From assembly GCA_005887895.1 (NCBI GenBank), contig VBPC01000164.1, positions 3,512 through 67,511 on the forward strand: DNA of 64,000 nt, given 5' to 3'. The stretch is from Candidatus Rokuibacteriota bacterium (lineage in GTDB: Bacteria > Methylomirabilota > Methylomirabilia > Rokubacteriales > CSP1-6). Below are positions 54,192-64,000 of the stretch, one piece after another; the stretch's first letter is position 1; each line of letters starts with the position of its first letter. The translations under genes were made by a program, and so were the position numbers. The notes under the pieces were generated by a model, which was not told the DNA's origin, made no database searches, and saw only the letters and a list, made by a program, of their open reading frames with translations.

Positions 54192-55718
54192 ATGAGGCAT
54201 GGGTCCCTTCCGCTGCTGGCCGTCCTGCTGCTGCTCGCGCTGGCCCCCAGCGCCGACGCCCAGCCCAAGGACACGCTGACCATCGCGCTCGTCGCCCACG
54301 CGCCCACGCTCGATCCCCACATGCACTTCGAACGGGTCGGGATCCTCGTCAACATCAACATGTTCGACTCGCTCCTCCACCGCAGCGCCAAGCTCGCCTA
54401 CGAGCCGGCGCTGGCGACGTCGTGGAAGGCGATCAACGAGACGACCTGGGAGTTCAAGCTCCGCAAGGGGGTGAGGTTCCACAACGGCGACACGCTGACG
54501 GCGGAGGACGTGAAGTTCTCCTTCGACCGTGTGCTGGAGCCCGGCAAGACGACGAAGAAGTCGCCGCAGTACGGGAACGTCCGGGCGATCAAGGAGGTCC
54601 GGATCGTCGATCCGGACACGATCCACGTCGTCACCGACAAGCCGTTCCCGCTCCTGCTCGAGCGGCTCGTGTTCTTCCCGATCGTTCCCAAGAAACACGT
54701 CGAAAAAGTCGGCGACGACGCGTTCGGCGCCAGCGCTCCCATCGGCACCGGCCCCTGGAAGTTCGTCGAGTGGAAGCGCGACCAGTACATCCGACTGGAT
54801 GCCCACGACGGCTACTGGCGCGGCAAGCCACCGTTCAAGCATCTGATCGTCCGCGCCATCCCGGAAATCGCCACCGAGGTCGCCGAGCTGAAGACCGGCG
54901 GCGTCGACCTCATGCGCAACGTCCCCGCCGACCTCGTGCCCGAGCTGAAGACCGGTCCCCAGACGTACGTCTCCTCGACGCCGATCCTTCGTGTGCACCA
55001 GATCGAGCTCGACATGCGCTCGGCGCCGTTCGACAAGAAGCTCGTGCGGCAGGCGGCCAACTACGCGATCGACAAGCAGGCGATCATCCAGAAGCTGATG
55101 GGCGGCCTCGGCCAGCAGGTGGCGACGGTCGTGCAGCCGCCCGCCTTCGGCTTCGACGCCGAGGTGAAACCGTATCCCTATGACCCCCCGAAGGCGAGGG
55201 AGCTGCTGGCGCGCGCCGGATATCCGAACGGCGTCGACGTCACGCTGCACAGCGCCAGCGTCGAGTTCCGTCCCCTCTTCGAGGCGATGGCCCAGATGCT
55301 GACCGAGGTCGGCATCCGGGTGAACACGCGCATGTGGGACCCGGGTCCGGCCTGGAACAAGTTCTTTCAGAGCGAGGGCAAGGCGACCAACGGCATCTAC
55401 TTCAACTGGGGCAACTACTCGGTCTTCGACGCCGACGCCGTGCTGCACCCGCTGTTCCACACCGAGCCGGGCGGCTGGATCGGCAAGTGGTACACCCGGG
55501 TGGAGGGTCTCGACAAGCTCATCGACGAAGGACGCTCCACGCTGAACCAGCCGCAACGCAAGCGGACGTATTCTCAGATCCAGCGCGTGATCCACGAGGA
55601 GGCGCCGGCGATTTTCCTGTTCACGCAGTACGACACGCTGGGGATCGCCAAGCGCGTGGAGTACGCGGCCCGCGGCGACGAGTGGCTCTGGCTCTTCGAC
55701 GCCAAGCCCCGGCGCTGA
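54192..55718 (+). CDS. ABC transporter substrate-binding protein (peptide/nickel type, family 5)
   Basis: Signal peptide, with family-5 SBP length and motifs (...GTGPWKFVEWKRDQYIRL...). AGGAGG SD. Confidence 0.85.
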   Translation: MRHGSLPLLAVLLLLALAPSADAQPKDTLTIALVAHAPTLDPHMHFERVGILVNINMFDSLLHRSAKLAYEPALATSWKAINETTWEFKLRKGVRFHNGDTLTAEDVKFSFDRVLEPGKTTKKSPQYGNVRAIKEVRIVDPDTIHVVTDKPFPLLLERLVFFPIVPKKHVEKVGDDAFGASAPIGTGPWKFVEWKRDQYIRLDAHDGYWRGKPPFKHLIVRAIPEIATEVAELKTGGVDLMRNVPADLVPELKTGPQTYVSSTPILRVHQIELDMRSAPFDKKLVRQAANYAIDKQAIIQKLMGGLGQQVATVVQPPAFGFDAEVKPYPYDPPKARELLARAGYPNGVDVTLHSASVEFRPLFEAMAQMLTEVGIRVNTRMWDPGPAWNKFFQSEGKATNGIYFNWGNYSVFDADAVLHPLFHTEPGGWIGKWYTRVEGLDKLIDEGRSTLNQPQRKRTYSQIQRVIHEEAPAIFLFTQYDTLGIAKRVEYAARGDEWLWLFDAKPRR

Positions 55719-55748
55719 GGCCCGTCACGGCCGGCCGCCGCCGATGAC

Positions 55749-56663
55749 ATGACGGCCTTCGTCGTCCGCCGGCTCTTCCGGCTGGTGGTCGTCTGCGTCG
55801 GGGTCTCGCTGGTGACGTTCGCAATCCTGCACGCCAGCGGCGATCCCGTCTCGCTCATCATGCCGGAGGCGCCCGAGGCCGACCGCGCGGTCCTGCGGCA
55901 GGCGCTCGGCCTGCACGACCCGCTCATCGTCCAGTTCGCCCGCTTCGTCGGCCGCGCGGCCGGCGGTGACTTCGGCAATTCATTCTTCCACCGGACGCCG
56001 GCGTTCGGGCTGGTCATGGAGCGCATGCCGACCACGCTGACGCTCACGCTCCTGTCGATGGCGCTGGCGATCGTGGTGGCGCTGCCGGTCGGCATCTACG
56101 GCGCCGTCCGGCGCGGCCGCGCCGTGGACCAGGTGGCCACCGGCGCGGTGTTCCTCGGCCAGTCCATGCCGGTGTTCTGGACCGGCATCATGCTGATCCT
56201 GCTCTTCTCCGTGCAGTGGCGGTTACTGCCGGTGTCGGGCTGGGACTCGTGGACGTCGGTGGTCCTGCCGACGCTCACGCTCGGCGCCTTCACGGCCCCG
56301 CTGCTGCTGCGCATCGTCCGCTCGAGCATGCTGGAGGTGATCGGCCTCGACTACGTGCGCACGGCCCGCGCCAAGGGCGTGGCGGAATGGCTGGTGATCG
56401 GCCGGCACGCGCTCAAGAACGCCGCGTTGCCCCTGGTGACGGTGACCGGGCTGCAGTTCGGCCTCCTGCTCGGCGGTGCCGTCATCACGGAGACGGTCTT
56501 CGCCATTCCCGGCGTGGGCCGGCTCATCGTCGGCGCCATCCGTCAGCTCGACTTTCCCGTCGTGCAGGCCGGTGTCTTCATGCTGGCGATGATCGTCGTC
56601 AGCGTGAACTTCACGGTGGACGTGCTGTACGTCTACCTCAACCCGAGAATCCGGCTGCGCTGA
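55749..56663 (+). CDS. ABC transporter permease (DppB/OppB-like)
   Basis: MTAFVVRRLFRLVVVCVGVSLVTFAILH... and DYVRTARAKG. Confidence 0.85.
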   Translation: MTAFVVRRLFRLVVVCVGVSLVTFAILHASGDPVSLIMPEAPEADRAVLRQALGLHDPLIVQFARFVGRAAGGDFGNSFFHRTPAFGLVMERMPTTLTLTLLSMALAIVVALPVGIYGAVRRGRAVDQVATGAVFLGQSMPVFWTGIMLILLFSVQWRLLPVSGWDSWTSVVLPTLTLGAFTAPLLLRIVRSSMLEVIGLDYVRTARAKGVAEWLVIGRHALKNAALPLVTVTGLQFGLLLGGAVITETVFAIPGVGRLIVGAIRQLDFPVVQAGVFMLAMIVVSVNFTVDVLYVYLNPRIRLR

Positions 56664-56664
56664 G

Positions 56665-57573
56665 ATGGCCGTCGGCTCGCTGCCCTCCGCCACGCTCGCC
56701 TACGCCGACGAGGTTCCGCGGCCGGCCACCGCCTCGCGCGCCTGGCGCAAGTTCGCGCGCAACCCGGCCGCCCTCCTCGGCATGCTCATTCTCCTGGCCG
56801 TCGTCGGCGCCGCCGTGGCGGCGGACTGGGTCGCGCCGCACGATCCGGCCCGGCAGAGCCTCCGGCGCCGCTTCACGCCGCCGGTGTGGGCGCCAGGGGG
56901 CAGCGCCACCTATCCGCTCGGGACCGACCAGGTCGGCCGCGACATCCTGAGCCGCATCATCCACGGGGCGCGCATCTCGCTGCTGGTCGGCGTGCTGGCA
57001 GTCGTGGTCAGCGTGCTGGTCGGCGTGACGCTCGGCCTGGTGAGCGGCTTCGTGGGCGGCCGGCTGGACACGGTGATCATGACGGTGGTGGACATCACCT
57101 GGTCGTTCCCGCAGTTGCTGCTCGCGCTGGCGTTCGTCGCCGCGCTCGGCCCCAGCCTGGTGACGATCGTCCTGGTGCTCGGCTTCACCGGCTGGGAGCG
57201 CTACGCACGCGTCGTGCGCGCCGAGGTCCTCGCCCTGCGCGAGAAGGACTTCATCGAGGCCGCCCGCGCGATGGGCGTCGGCTCCGCGCGCATCCTGCTG
57301 CGCCACGTGCTGCCGAACACGTTCTCGTCCATCGTGGTGCTGTCCACCCTGCAGGTGGCGCAGGCCATCCTGCAGGAGGCGGCCCTGTCGTTCCTCGGGG
57401 TCGGCTCGGGCCGGACCTATCCGACCTGGGGCCAGATGATCGCGCTCGGCCGCGACTTCGTGAGCGTCGCCTGGTGGCTGGCGACCTTCCCCGGCCTCGC
57501 CATCCTGGCCACGGTGCTCGCGATCAACCTCGTCGGCGACCGCCTGCGCGACGCGCTCGATCCTCGAACCTGA
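56665..57573 (+). CDS. ABC transporter permease (DppC/OppC-like)
   Basis: PLGTDQVGRDILSRIIHGARISL and DFIEAARAMG. Confidence 0.85.
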   Translation: MAVGSLPSATLAYADEVPRPATASRAWRKFARNPAALLGMLILLAVVGAAVAADWVAPHDPARQSLRRRFTPPVWAPGGSATYPLGTDQVGRDILSRIIHGARISLLVGVLAVVVSVLVGVTLGLVSGFVGGRLDTVIMTVVDITWSFPQLLLALAFVAALGPSLVTIVLVLGFTGWERYARVVRAEVLALREKDFIEAARAMGVGSARILLRHVLPNTFSSIVVLSTLQVAQAILQEAALSFLGVGSGRTYPTWGQMIALGRDFVSVAWWLATFPGLAILATVLAINLVGDRLRDALDPRT

Positions 57574-57592
57574 ACTCCCCCCGAGAAGGATT

Positions 57593-57611
57593 GCGCGGGC
57601 AAAGCCCGCGC
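57593..57611 (+). terminator. GC hairpin after the permease gene (GCGCGGGC-AAA-GCCCGCGC)
   Basis: Read directly. No clear U-tract. Confidence 0.4.
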
Positions 57612-57623
57612 TCGGAGCGGTGA

Positions 57624-57629
57624 TATCAT
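57624..57629 (+). promoter_or_regulatory. -10-like TATCAT, 7 nt upstream of ATG 57637
   Basis: TATCAT-cggcgcg-ATG with no SD. Confidence 0.4.
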
Positions 57630-57636
57630 CGGCGCG

Positions 57637-57825
57637 ATGACGGCGAAGGTTCCGTGGCTTCCGTCGAGGCTGCCGCCCGGCGCGCGCCCCGAGCGCTGCC
57701 CGCGCTGCGGCAAGGCAGGCTTCATCCCGTGGACGCTGCGCCGCGACGACCGGACGAAAGTGGTCTTCCGCACCTGGGTCTGCGTGGAGTGCCAGGTGAC
57801 GCAGGAGCGCCCCGAGCCGGAGTGA
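57637..57825 (+). CDS. small zinc-ribbon protein (62 aa), hypothetical
   Basis: CPRCG...CVEC pairs. High GC3. Promoter-like hexamer directly upstream. Confidence 0.5.
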   Translation: MTAKVPWLPSRLPPGARPERCPRCGKAGFIPWTLRRDDRTKVVFRTWVCVECQVTQERPEPE

Positions 57826-57865
57826 CGACGGCCGCCGGCGAGGGCTCGGCCGACGGGCGCGGCAG

Positions 57866-58897
57866 CTACAGCGTGTTGAGGTAGTCGATCAGGCGGCGCA
57901 GGCGCGAGTAGGACGAGCGGTTGAAGGGGACGATGAGCCGCGGCAGCTCGGGGAACTCGTTGAGCTCTTGCGGCACGGGTCCCGGCGCCTGGAGGGCCGG
58001 CCCCTTGAGGATGTCCTCGAACTGCGTCTGCATCTCCCGCAGCTGCTCGTCGGTCAGCATGCGCTTGAGCCGGAAGACCAGGTCGTCCCCGAGGATGCGG
58101 GACGAGTGGAAGACACGGTAGAAGCCGGTCACCTGCTCCACCGCGTCCTCCACGCGGTCGGCAATGCGATAGAAGGCCACGTCGTTGGGATCGATGAGGC
58201 GGCGCTCGACGAGCGCGCCCTGCACGAAGCGGTCCCAGATGCGCCAGTACGGTTTGGGCCCGACCTCCACCAGCACCACCGGAACGATCGTGGACTTGCC
58301 GGTCTGCATGAGCGTGAGGAGCTCGAAGCACTCGTCCATCGTGCCGAAGCCGCCCGGGAAGAGCGCCACCGCGCTCGCCTCCTTCACCAGGAACAGCTTG
58401 CGCGTGAAGAAGTACTTGAACGTGATGAGCTTGGGATCGGAGGCGATCCACGGGTTGGCTTCCTGCTCGAACGGCAGCCGGATGTTGAGGCCGAAGCTCT
58501 GCTCGCCGCCCGCGCCCTCCTGGGCGGCGCCCATGATGCCGGCGCCGGCGCCGGTCACCACCATCCAGCCTTCCTCCACCATGCGCCGGCCGAACTCGCG
58601 CGCGGCCACCGCCGCGTCGTCGGTGCCGGCCGTGCGCGCCGAGCCGAAGACGGTGACCTTGCGCACGGCCCGGTAGGGCGCGAACACCTTGTAGGCGTAC
58701 CGCAGCTCCTTGAGCGCGGTGTTGGTGACCTTGAGGTCGCCGGTCGGCGTGCCGTCCTCGTGGAGCTTCAGCACGGTCGTGAGCATGTGCTGGAAGTAGC
58801 CACGGCGATCCGGCGGGATGCCGGCGGCGTCGAGCAGCTCGACGATCAGTCGGTTCGCGGCGTCGTTCTGGAGTTGATACCGGCGTGACTCAGCCAC
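57866..58897 (-). CDS. LOG family protein (TIGR00730-type Rossmann fold nucleotide nucleosidase), long form
   Basis: VTVFGSAR..., GAGAGIMGAA and PGGFGTMDECFELLT. GTG start at 58897. Confidence 0.8.
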   Translation of the reverse strand: MAESRRYQLQNDAANRLIVELLDAAGIPPDRRGYFQHMLTTVLKLHEDGTPTGDLKVTNTALKELRYAYKVFAPYRAVRKVTVFGSARTAGTDDAAVAAREFGRRMVEEGWMVVTGAGAGIMGAAQEGAGGEQSFGLNIRLPFEQEANPWIASDPKLITFKYFFTRKLFLVKEASAVALFPGGFGTMDECFELLTLMQTGKSTIVPVVLVEVGPKPYWRIWDRFVQGALVERRLIDPNDVAFYRIADRVEDAVEQVTGFYRVFHSSRILGDDLVFRLKRMLTDEQLREMQTQFEDILKGPALQAPGPVPQELNEFPELPRLIVPFNRSSYSRLRRLIDYLNTL

Positions 58898-58903
58898 GAT
58901 TCG

Positions 58904-58909
58904 AGTATA
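58904..58909 (-). promoter_or_regulatory. -10-like TATACT, 6 nt upstream of GTG 58897 (leaderless-type)
   Basis: Minus strand reads TATACT-cgaatc-GTG with no SD. Confidence 0.45.
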
Positions 58910-58912
58910 CCG

Positions 58913-59794
58913 TCACCGCCGCCCGGTGACCGTCAACCAAAGCCCGCTGACGATCAGCACGCCGCCCGCCAGGGTGAACGCCGTCAGGGGCTCGTGCAGG
59001 AGCAGCACGCCGAGCACCGCCCCGGCGATCGGCTGCAGCGTGATGAAGATCGCCGCCCGCGGCGCGCCGATGCGGCCGAGCCCCCAGTTCCACACCAGGT
59101 AGCCCAGCGCCGTGATGACGATCGCCAGGTAGAGCGCGCCTCCGACGCCGCGGACGTCGAGGCTCGGACGGGCGCCGGCGAGCCACTCGATCGCCGCCAG
59201 CGGCGCCATCGCGATGGCGCCCCAGACGATCGAGCGGGCCGTCACCGCCAGCGCGCTGTGGCGCAGCAGCACGGCGCGACCGAGCAGGGTGTAGGAGGCA
59301 TAGGCCAGCCCCGACAGCACGAGCAGCAGGTCGCCGCGCCAGTGCGGCGCCACGCCGTGCGTCACGCCGGGGATGCCGTTGACGACGACGACGATCGCGC
59401 CGAGGAGGGCGAGCCCGGCCCCGGCCGCCTCGCGACGGGTCAGCGCCTCGCCCAGCAGGGCCGGCCCCAGCGCGATGATCGCCACCGGCTCCACGATGAT
59501 CAGCAGCGCGGCGTTGGTCGCCGTCGAGTCGGTCAACCCCCAGTTGCCGAACGCGAACGGCGCGGCGAACCCGCAGATGCCCATCCAGGCCATGCGCCGG
59601 GCGTCGGCGCGGCCGGGCGCGGCGGCAGTCGGCTCCACGATGCGGGCGACGGCCACCACGATGGCGCCGCCGACGACCAGCCGGACGAGACCCAGCAGGG
59701 CGGGCGGGATGTCGTCGAGCACGAGCCGGGTGGCGGTGTACGACGTCGCGTAGACGAGGTTGGCCACGACGAGGAGCAGGTAGGCCGCGCGCAC
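58913..59794 (-). CDS. DMT superfamily transporter (two EamA domains)
   Basis: Ten predicted hydrophobic segments with EamA-like composition. AAGGTAGGA SD before GTG 59794. Confidence 0.8.
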   Translation of the reverse strand: MRAAYLLLVVANLVYATSYTATRLVLDDIPPALLGLVRLVVGGAIVVAVARIVEPTAAAPGRADARRMAWMGICGFAAPFAFGNWGLTDSTATNAALLIIVEPVAIIALGPALLGEALTRREAAGAGLALLGAIVVVVNGIPGVTHGVAPHWRGDLLLVLSGLAYASYTLLGRAVLLRHSALAVTARSIVWGAIAMAPLAAIEWLAGARPSLDVRGVGGALYLAIVITALGYLVWNWGLGRIGAPRAAIFITLQPIAGAVLGVLLLHEPLTAFTLAGGVLIVSGLWLTVTGRR

Positions 59795-59813
59795 GGCGTC
59801 CTACCTTACGGGA

Positions 59814-60470
59814 TCAGGCCAGCGTGTGCCTCACCATCTTGCTCTCGACCATGTAGATCACCATCTCGGCGATGTTGGTGGCGTGGTCGGCCACGCGCTC
59901 GAGGAAGCGCGAGATGAGGATGAGCCGGATCGCCCGCGGGATGGTCCGGGCATCCGACATCATGAACGTCAGCAGCTCGCGGAAGATCTGCTCCTTCAAC
60001 GCGTCCACCGCGGCATCCTCGGCGCAGACCTGGCGCGCCAGCTCGGTGTCGCGGGCCACGAACGCGTCGAGGCTCTCCTTGACCATCCGCTGCGCCTTCT
60101 CGGCCATGCGCGGCAGGTCGATGTAGGGCTTGAGCTGCGGCTCCAGGTTGAGCTCCACCGCCCGCTGGGCGATGTTGACGGCCTGGTCGCCGATGCGCTC
60201 GAGGTCGGTGACGATCTTCATCGCGGTGGTGATGAACCGCAGATCGCCGGCGGTGGGCTGGTGCAGGGCCAGCAGCTCCACGCACTTCTCGTCGACCTCG
60301 ACGTCGTAGGCATTGACACGATGGTCGCGCTCGATGACCTCCTGGGCCATCGCGCTGTCGCGCTCGAGCAGCGCCGTCATCACGCGGCGGATCTGGTCCT
60401 CGACGAGGCCGCCCATGGCCAGCAGCGTCTGCTTGAGCGCCTCGAGCTCCTCGTGGAAGTGTCGCTGCAT
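59814..60470 (-). CDS. phoU: phosphate signaling complex protein PhoU
   Basis: Two PhoU repeats (...RDHRVNAYDVEVDEKC... and ...ERIGDQAVNIA...). It follows pstB. Confidence 0.9.
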   Translation of the reverse strand: MQRHFHEELEALKQTLLAMGGLVEDQIRRVMTALLERDSAMAQEVIERDHRVNAYDVEVDEKCVELLALHQPTAGDLRFITTAMKIVTDLERIGDQAVNIAQRAVELNLEPQLKPYIDLPRMAEKAQRMVKESLDAFVARDTELARQVCAEDAAVDALKEQIFRELLTFMMSDARTIPRAIRLILISRFLERVADHATNIAEMVIYMVESKMVRHTLA

Positions 60471-60482
60471 GGTGGCTCGCTC

Positions 60483-61241
60483 CTACCCGAACCGGCCGGT
60501 GATGTAGTCCTCGGTCCGCTTGTCGCGCGGGTTGGTGAACAGCGCCCGGGTGACACCGAACTCTACCATCTCGCCCATGAGGAAGAAGCCGGTCGCCTCC
60601 GAGACCCGGGCAGCCTGCTGCATGTTGTGGGTGACGATCACGATGGTGAGGGCGCTGCGCAGCTCGAGGATCAGCTCCTCGATCCGCGCGGTGGCGATCG
60701 GGTCCAGCGCCGAGCACGGCTCGTCCATCAGGAGCACGGTCGGCTCCACCGCCAGCGCCCGCGCGATGCACAGGCGCTGCTGCTGGCCGCCGGAGAGGCT
60801 GACGCCCGACTTGTCGAGCTGGTCCTTCACCTCGTCCCACAGCGCCGCCTGCCGCAGCGCCCGCTCGACCGCCTCCTGCAGGTCCGCCCGTCGGCGCACG
60901 CCGGCCAGCCGCAGTCCGGCGGCGACGTTGTCGAACACCGACATCGTCGGGAACGGATTCGGCCGCTGGAACACCATGCCGATGCGACGGCGGACCTGCA
61001 CGGGGTCCACGCCGGCCGCGTAGAGGTTCTCGCCTTCCACCAGCACGGTCCCGCTGACGGTGGCGCCCGGCACCACCTCGTGCATGCGGTTGAGGCAGCG
61101 GATGAACGTGGACTTGCCGCAGCCCGACGGCCCGATGATGGCGGTGACCGCCTTCGGCGCCATCGTGAGGTCGATGCCGTGGAGCACGTGCACGCCGTTG
61201 AACCACGCGTTGAGCGCGCTGACGCGGATGCCGTCGATCAT
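60483..61241 (-). CDS. pstB: phosphate ABC transporter ATP-binding protein PstB
   Basis: [35 protein letters not shown] and the C-terminal EDYITGRFG. Confidence 0.95.
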   Translation of the reverse strand: MIDGIRVSALNAWFNGVHVLHGIDLTMAPKAVTAIIGPSGCGKSTFIRCLNRMHEVVPGATVSGTVLVEGENLYAAGVDPVQVRRRIGMVFQRPNPFPTMSVFDNVAAGLRLAGVRRRADLQEAVERALRQAALWDEVKDQLDKSGVSLSGGQQQRLCIARALAVEPTVLLMDEPCSALDPIATARIEELILELRSALTIVIVTHNMQQAARVSEATGFFLMGEMVEFGVTRALFTNPRDKRTEDYITGRFG

Positions 61242-61245
61242 GTGG

Positions 61246-62088
61246 TCACCTCACTCCGCTGAAGCGGCCGCGCGTCGCCAGCCGGGCCGCCAGGCTCACC
61301 ACGAACACCATCCCGATGAGGACGAGCGCGCCGGCCCACGCCTGGCGATGCCAGTCGTCGTAGGGCGCGATCGCGTAGGCGAGAATCTGCAGCGGCAGCG
61401 CGGCGATCGGCTGGTCGAGCCGCTGGTGCCAGAACCGATTGCCGAAGGCGGTGAACAGCAGCGGCGCCGTCTCGCCGGCCACCCGGGCGACCGCCACCAT
61501 CACGCCGGTGATGATGCCGGCCCGCGCGGTCGGCAGGACGACGCGCAGCACCACCTTCCACTCCGGGATGCCCAGCGCCAGCGCGGCCTCGCGCAGCGAC
61601 GAGGGCACGAGGCGCACGATCTCCTCGCTGGTGCGGACGACGATCGGCAGCATGATGACCGCCAGCGCGACGGCGCCGGCGAACGCCGAGAACCGACGCA
61701 TCGGCAGCACGACCAGCGTGTAGGCGAAGATGCCGACGACGATCGACGGAACGCCGTTGAGCACGTCGGCCAGGAACCGCACGACCCACGGCAACCGCCG
61801 GTCGCGCGATTCGGCCAGGTAGACGCCGCCCAGGATCCCGATCGGCAGGCCGATGCCGGCGGCCATGCCCACGAGGACGAGGCTGCCGACGATGGCGTTG
61901 GCCATGCCGCCGCCGTCCTCGCCGACCGGCTTCGGCAGGTGCGTGTAGAAGTCGACGTTGACGGCCGACGCGCCCTGGAAGAGGAGAAAGCCGAAGATCA
62001 TCAGCAGCGGCAGGATCACCGCCCCGGCGGCGAGCGCCGTCAGCCAGGCCATGATCACGTTGACGACACGCCGCCCGGCCGGCTTCAC
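61246..62088 (-). CDS. pstA: phosphate ABC transporter permease PstA
   Basis: GTG 62088 (GTGA overlap with the pstC stop). ...[22 protein letters not shown]... and [10 protein letters not shown]. Confidence 0.9.
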   Translation of the reverse strand: MKPAGRRVVNVIMAWLTALAAGAVILPLLMIFGFLLFQGASAVNVDFYTHLPKPVGEDGGGMANAIVGSLVLVGMAAGIGLPIGILGGVYLAESRDRRLPWVVRFLADVLNGVPSIVVGIFAYTLVVLPMRRFSAFAGAVALAVIMLPIVVRTSEEIVRLVPSSLREAALALGIPEWKVVLRVVLPTARAGIITGVMVAVARVAGETAPLLFTAFGNRFWHQRLDQPIAALPLQILAYAIAPYDDWHRQAWAGALVLIGMVFVVSLAARLATRGRFSGVR

Positions 62089-63083
62089 TCGCGGACCGCC
62101 TTGACGGCCCCGCCGACCGACCACACGAGAAGCCGGGCCAGCGCGTTGACGGCCACCGTCACCACCAACAGCAGCAGCCCGATCTCGATCAGCGCCGAAA
62201 GGTACAGATCGGACGTCGCCTCGGTGAACTCGTTGGCGATCACGCTCGCCATCGTGTAGCCCGGCGCGAACAGCGAGAGCGCAACCTCCGGGCGGTTGCC
62301 GATGACCATCGTCACCGCCATCGTCTCGCCCAGCGCCCGCCCGAGCCCGAGCAGGATGGCGCCGATGATGCCCGAGCGGCCATAGCGCAGCACCGCCAGC
62401 CGCGTCGTCTCCCAGCGGGTGGCGCCGAGCGCCAGCGCGGCCTCGCGCTGGCTGTTCGGCACCGCCAGCAGCACCTCGCGGCTCACGGCGGTGATGAACG
62501 GCACGACCATGATCGCCAGGACGATGCCGGCGGCCAGCATGCCGACGCCGTAGGGCGGGCCCTGGAACAGCGGCAGGAAGCCGAGCGTCTTGCCGAGCGC
62601 GGGCTGGACCCACGTGCGCAGCAGCGGCGCCAGCACGAAGATGCCCCAGAGCCCGTAGACCACGCTCGGCACCGCGGCGACGAGCTCGACGAGAAACGCC
62701 ACCGGCGGCCGCACCCACCCGGGCGCCAGCTCGGCCAGATAGATCGCCGCGCCGACCCCGAGCGGCACCGCGATGAGCAAGGCGAGCAGCGAGGACAGGA
62801 GCGTGCCGTAGACGAACGGCACGGCGCCGAAGTGCTCGGCGACCGGATCCCACACCGACGTCACCAGGAACCGCCAGCCAAACGCGCGCAGCGCCGGCAT
62901 GGCGCCGACGATCATCTCGACGGCGAGCCCGACCACCAGCAGCAGCACGGTGGCGCCGGCGGCGCGCAGCAGGAGCCGGAACAGCCGATCGCCGAGATTG
63001 CGGTGCGCCGCGCGGGTGGGGACGGCGGGCGGCAGGGACAGCCCCGCGGCCGTCCCTACCCCGTGCACGGCGCTCGAGGCCAT
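62085..63083 (-). CDS. pstC: phosphate ABC transporter permease PstC
   Basis: ...[20 protein letters not shown]... and GRALGETMAVTMVIGN. Confidence 0.9.
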   Translation of the reverse strand: MASSAVHGVGTAAGLSLPPAVPTRAAHRNLGDRLFRLLLRAAGATVLLLVVGLAVEMIVGAMPALRAFGWRFLVTSVWDPVAEHFGAVPFVYGTLLSSLLALLIAVPLGVGAAIYLAELAPGWVRPPVAFLVELVAAVPSVVYGLWGIFVLAPLLRTWVQPALGKTLGFLPLFQGPPYGVGMLAAGIVLAIMVVPFITAVSREVLLAVPNSQREAALALGATRWETTRLAVLRYGRSGIIGAILLGLGRALGETMAVTMVIGNRPEVALSLFAPGYTMASVIANEFTEATSDLYLSALIEIGLLLLVVTVAVNALARLLVWSVGGAVKAVRE

Positions 63084-63090
63084 CCGGCCG

Positions 63091-64000
63091 CTAGCGCGCC
63101 GCCAGCAGCGGCTTGCCCTGGTAGTTGATCTCCTTGATGCGCGCCTCGATCTGCTTGACGACCTGCGGCGGCAGCGGCGCGTAGAGGAGATCGGCGGCGG
63201 ACTTCTGCCCCTCGTGGCTCATCCACCAGAGAAAGTTCACGATGGCCCGGCCCTTGGCCTGGTCGGGCTGCTCGCGATAGACCAGTAGCCAGGTGAAGCT
63301 GGCAATGGGATAGGCGTCGTCGCCGGGCGGGTTGGTGAGCGACACGCGGAAGTCGGCCGGCATGTTCCTGGCGGCGCCGGCCGCCGCCGCCGTCGTGGAC
63401 TCGATCGTCGGCTCGATGAACCTGCCCGCGGCGTTCCGGACCAGCCCCACCGGCAGCTTGTTCGTCGCGGCGTAGGCGAGCTCGACGTAGCCGAGCGCCC
63501 CCGGCGTGTTCTTCACCTGGCCGGCGACGCCCTCGTTGCCCTTGCCGCCGAGGCCGACCGGCCAGTTCACCGACGTGCCCTTGCCGACCTTCTGCTGCCA
63601 CTCGGCGCTCACCTTCGAGAGGTAGTCCACCCAGATGTAGGTCGTGCCGCTGCCATCCGAGCGGTGCACGACCACGATCGGCTGGTCGGGCAGCCCCACG
63701 CCGGGATTGGCGGCGGTCAGCCGCGCGTCGTTCCACTTCGTGATCTTGCCCAGGAAGATGTCGGCGATGATGTCGGGCGTGAAGCGCAGCTTGGGGCTGC
63801 CCGGCAGGTTGTAGGTGACCACATCGGCGCCCAGCACGGTCGGGATGTGCAGCAGCTCGCCCGGCGCCTGCTTCAGCTGCTCGTCGGTCATCGGCCCGTC
63901 GGTGGCGCCGAAGTCGACCGTGCGAGAGGAGATCTGCTTGATGCCGCCGCCGCTGCCGATCGACTGGTAGTTGAACCGCGCCTCGGGATCGACCCGGGTG
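63091..64000 (-). CDS. pstS: phosphate-binding protein PstS; 5' end lies outside the window
   Basis: The reading frame stays open upstream of the track ORF to the window edge (...FNYQSIGSGGGIKQISSRTVDFGATDGPMTDEQL...), typical of PstS. Confidence 0.9.
   Translation of the reverse strand, partial: TRVDPEARFNYQSIGSGGGIKQISSRTVDFGATDGPMTDEQLKQAPGELLHIPTVLGADVVTYNLPGSPKLRFTPDIIADIFLGKITKWNDARLTAANPGVGLPDQPIVVVHRSDGSGTTYIWVDYLSKVSAEWQQKVGKGTSVNWPVGLGGKGNEGVAGQVKNTPGALGYVELAYAATNKLPVGLVRNAAGRFIEPTIESTTAAAAGAARNMPADFRVSLTNPPGDDAYPIASFTWLLVYREQPDQAKGRAIVNFLWWMSHEGQKSAADLLYAPLPPQVVKQIEARIKEINYQGKPLLAAR

Overview
The window is a very GC-rich bacterial chromosomal segment, densely packed with about 62 protein-coding genes on both strands. 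I saw no rRNA, tRNA, CRISPR array, transposase, integrase or recognisable phage or defence module. I cannot assign a taxon.

Gene content is metabolic and housekeeping:
- A ribokinase / nucleoside hydrolase pair.
- A translationally coupled SDR-RidA-aryl-CoA ligase-flavin oxidoreductase operon (4238-8485), plus a separate bifunctional aryl-CoA hydroxylase/reductase (21707-23959).
- A LivKHMGF-type ABC importer, a sugar ABC importer and a peptide/nickel-type ABC importer.
- PoxB-like TPP enzyme, Lhr helicase, MscL, carbamoyltransferase, NadE, an MsbA-like exporter and a complete pstSCAB-phoU operon that runs off the right edge.

Observations the six-frame ORF track does not explain:
1. A SelW-like (Rdx family) selenoprotein gene with an in-frame UGA at 2276-2278, plus a candidate SECIS hairpin.
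2. A recurrent TAnnnT (often TACAAT) -10-like hexamer 6-9 nt upstream of at least ten start codons that lack a Shine-Dalgarno. This suggests widespread leaderless mRNAs.
3. A pair of 69-nt REP-like elements in inverted orientation that exactly bracket the poxB / MBL-receiver gene pair.
4. A 162-nt element with 36-nt inverted arms at 3991-4152.
5. A perfect 17-bp palindrome containing an 11-codon uORF whose stop overlaps the carbamoyltransferase start codon.
6. A FecR-domain protein with a glycine-rich tail of about 210 residues.
7. An unusual density of gene lesions in otherwise conserved genes: TauE, S15 hydrolase, tautomerase, LivM, two hydrolases and Mrp/ApbC carry frameshifts or internal deletions of about 50-100 nt. 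These are either real pseudogenisation or assembly error.

All functional calls come from my own reading of the translations against remembered family motifs. No searches were run.
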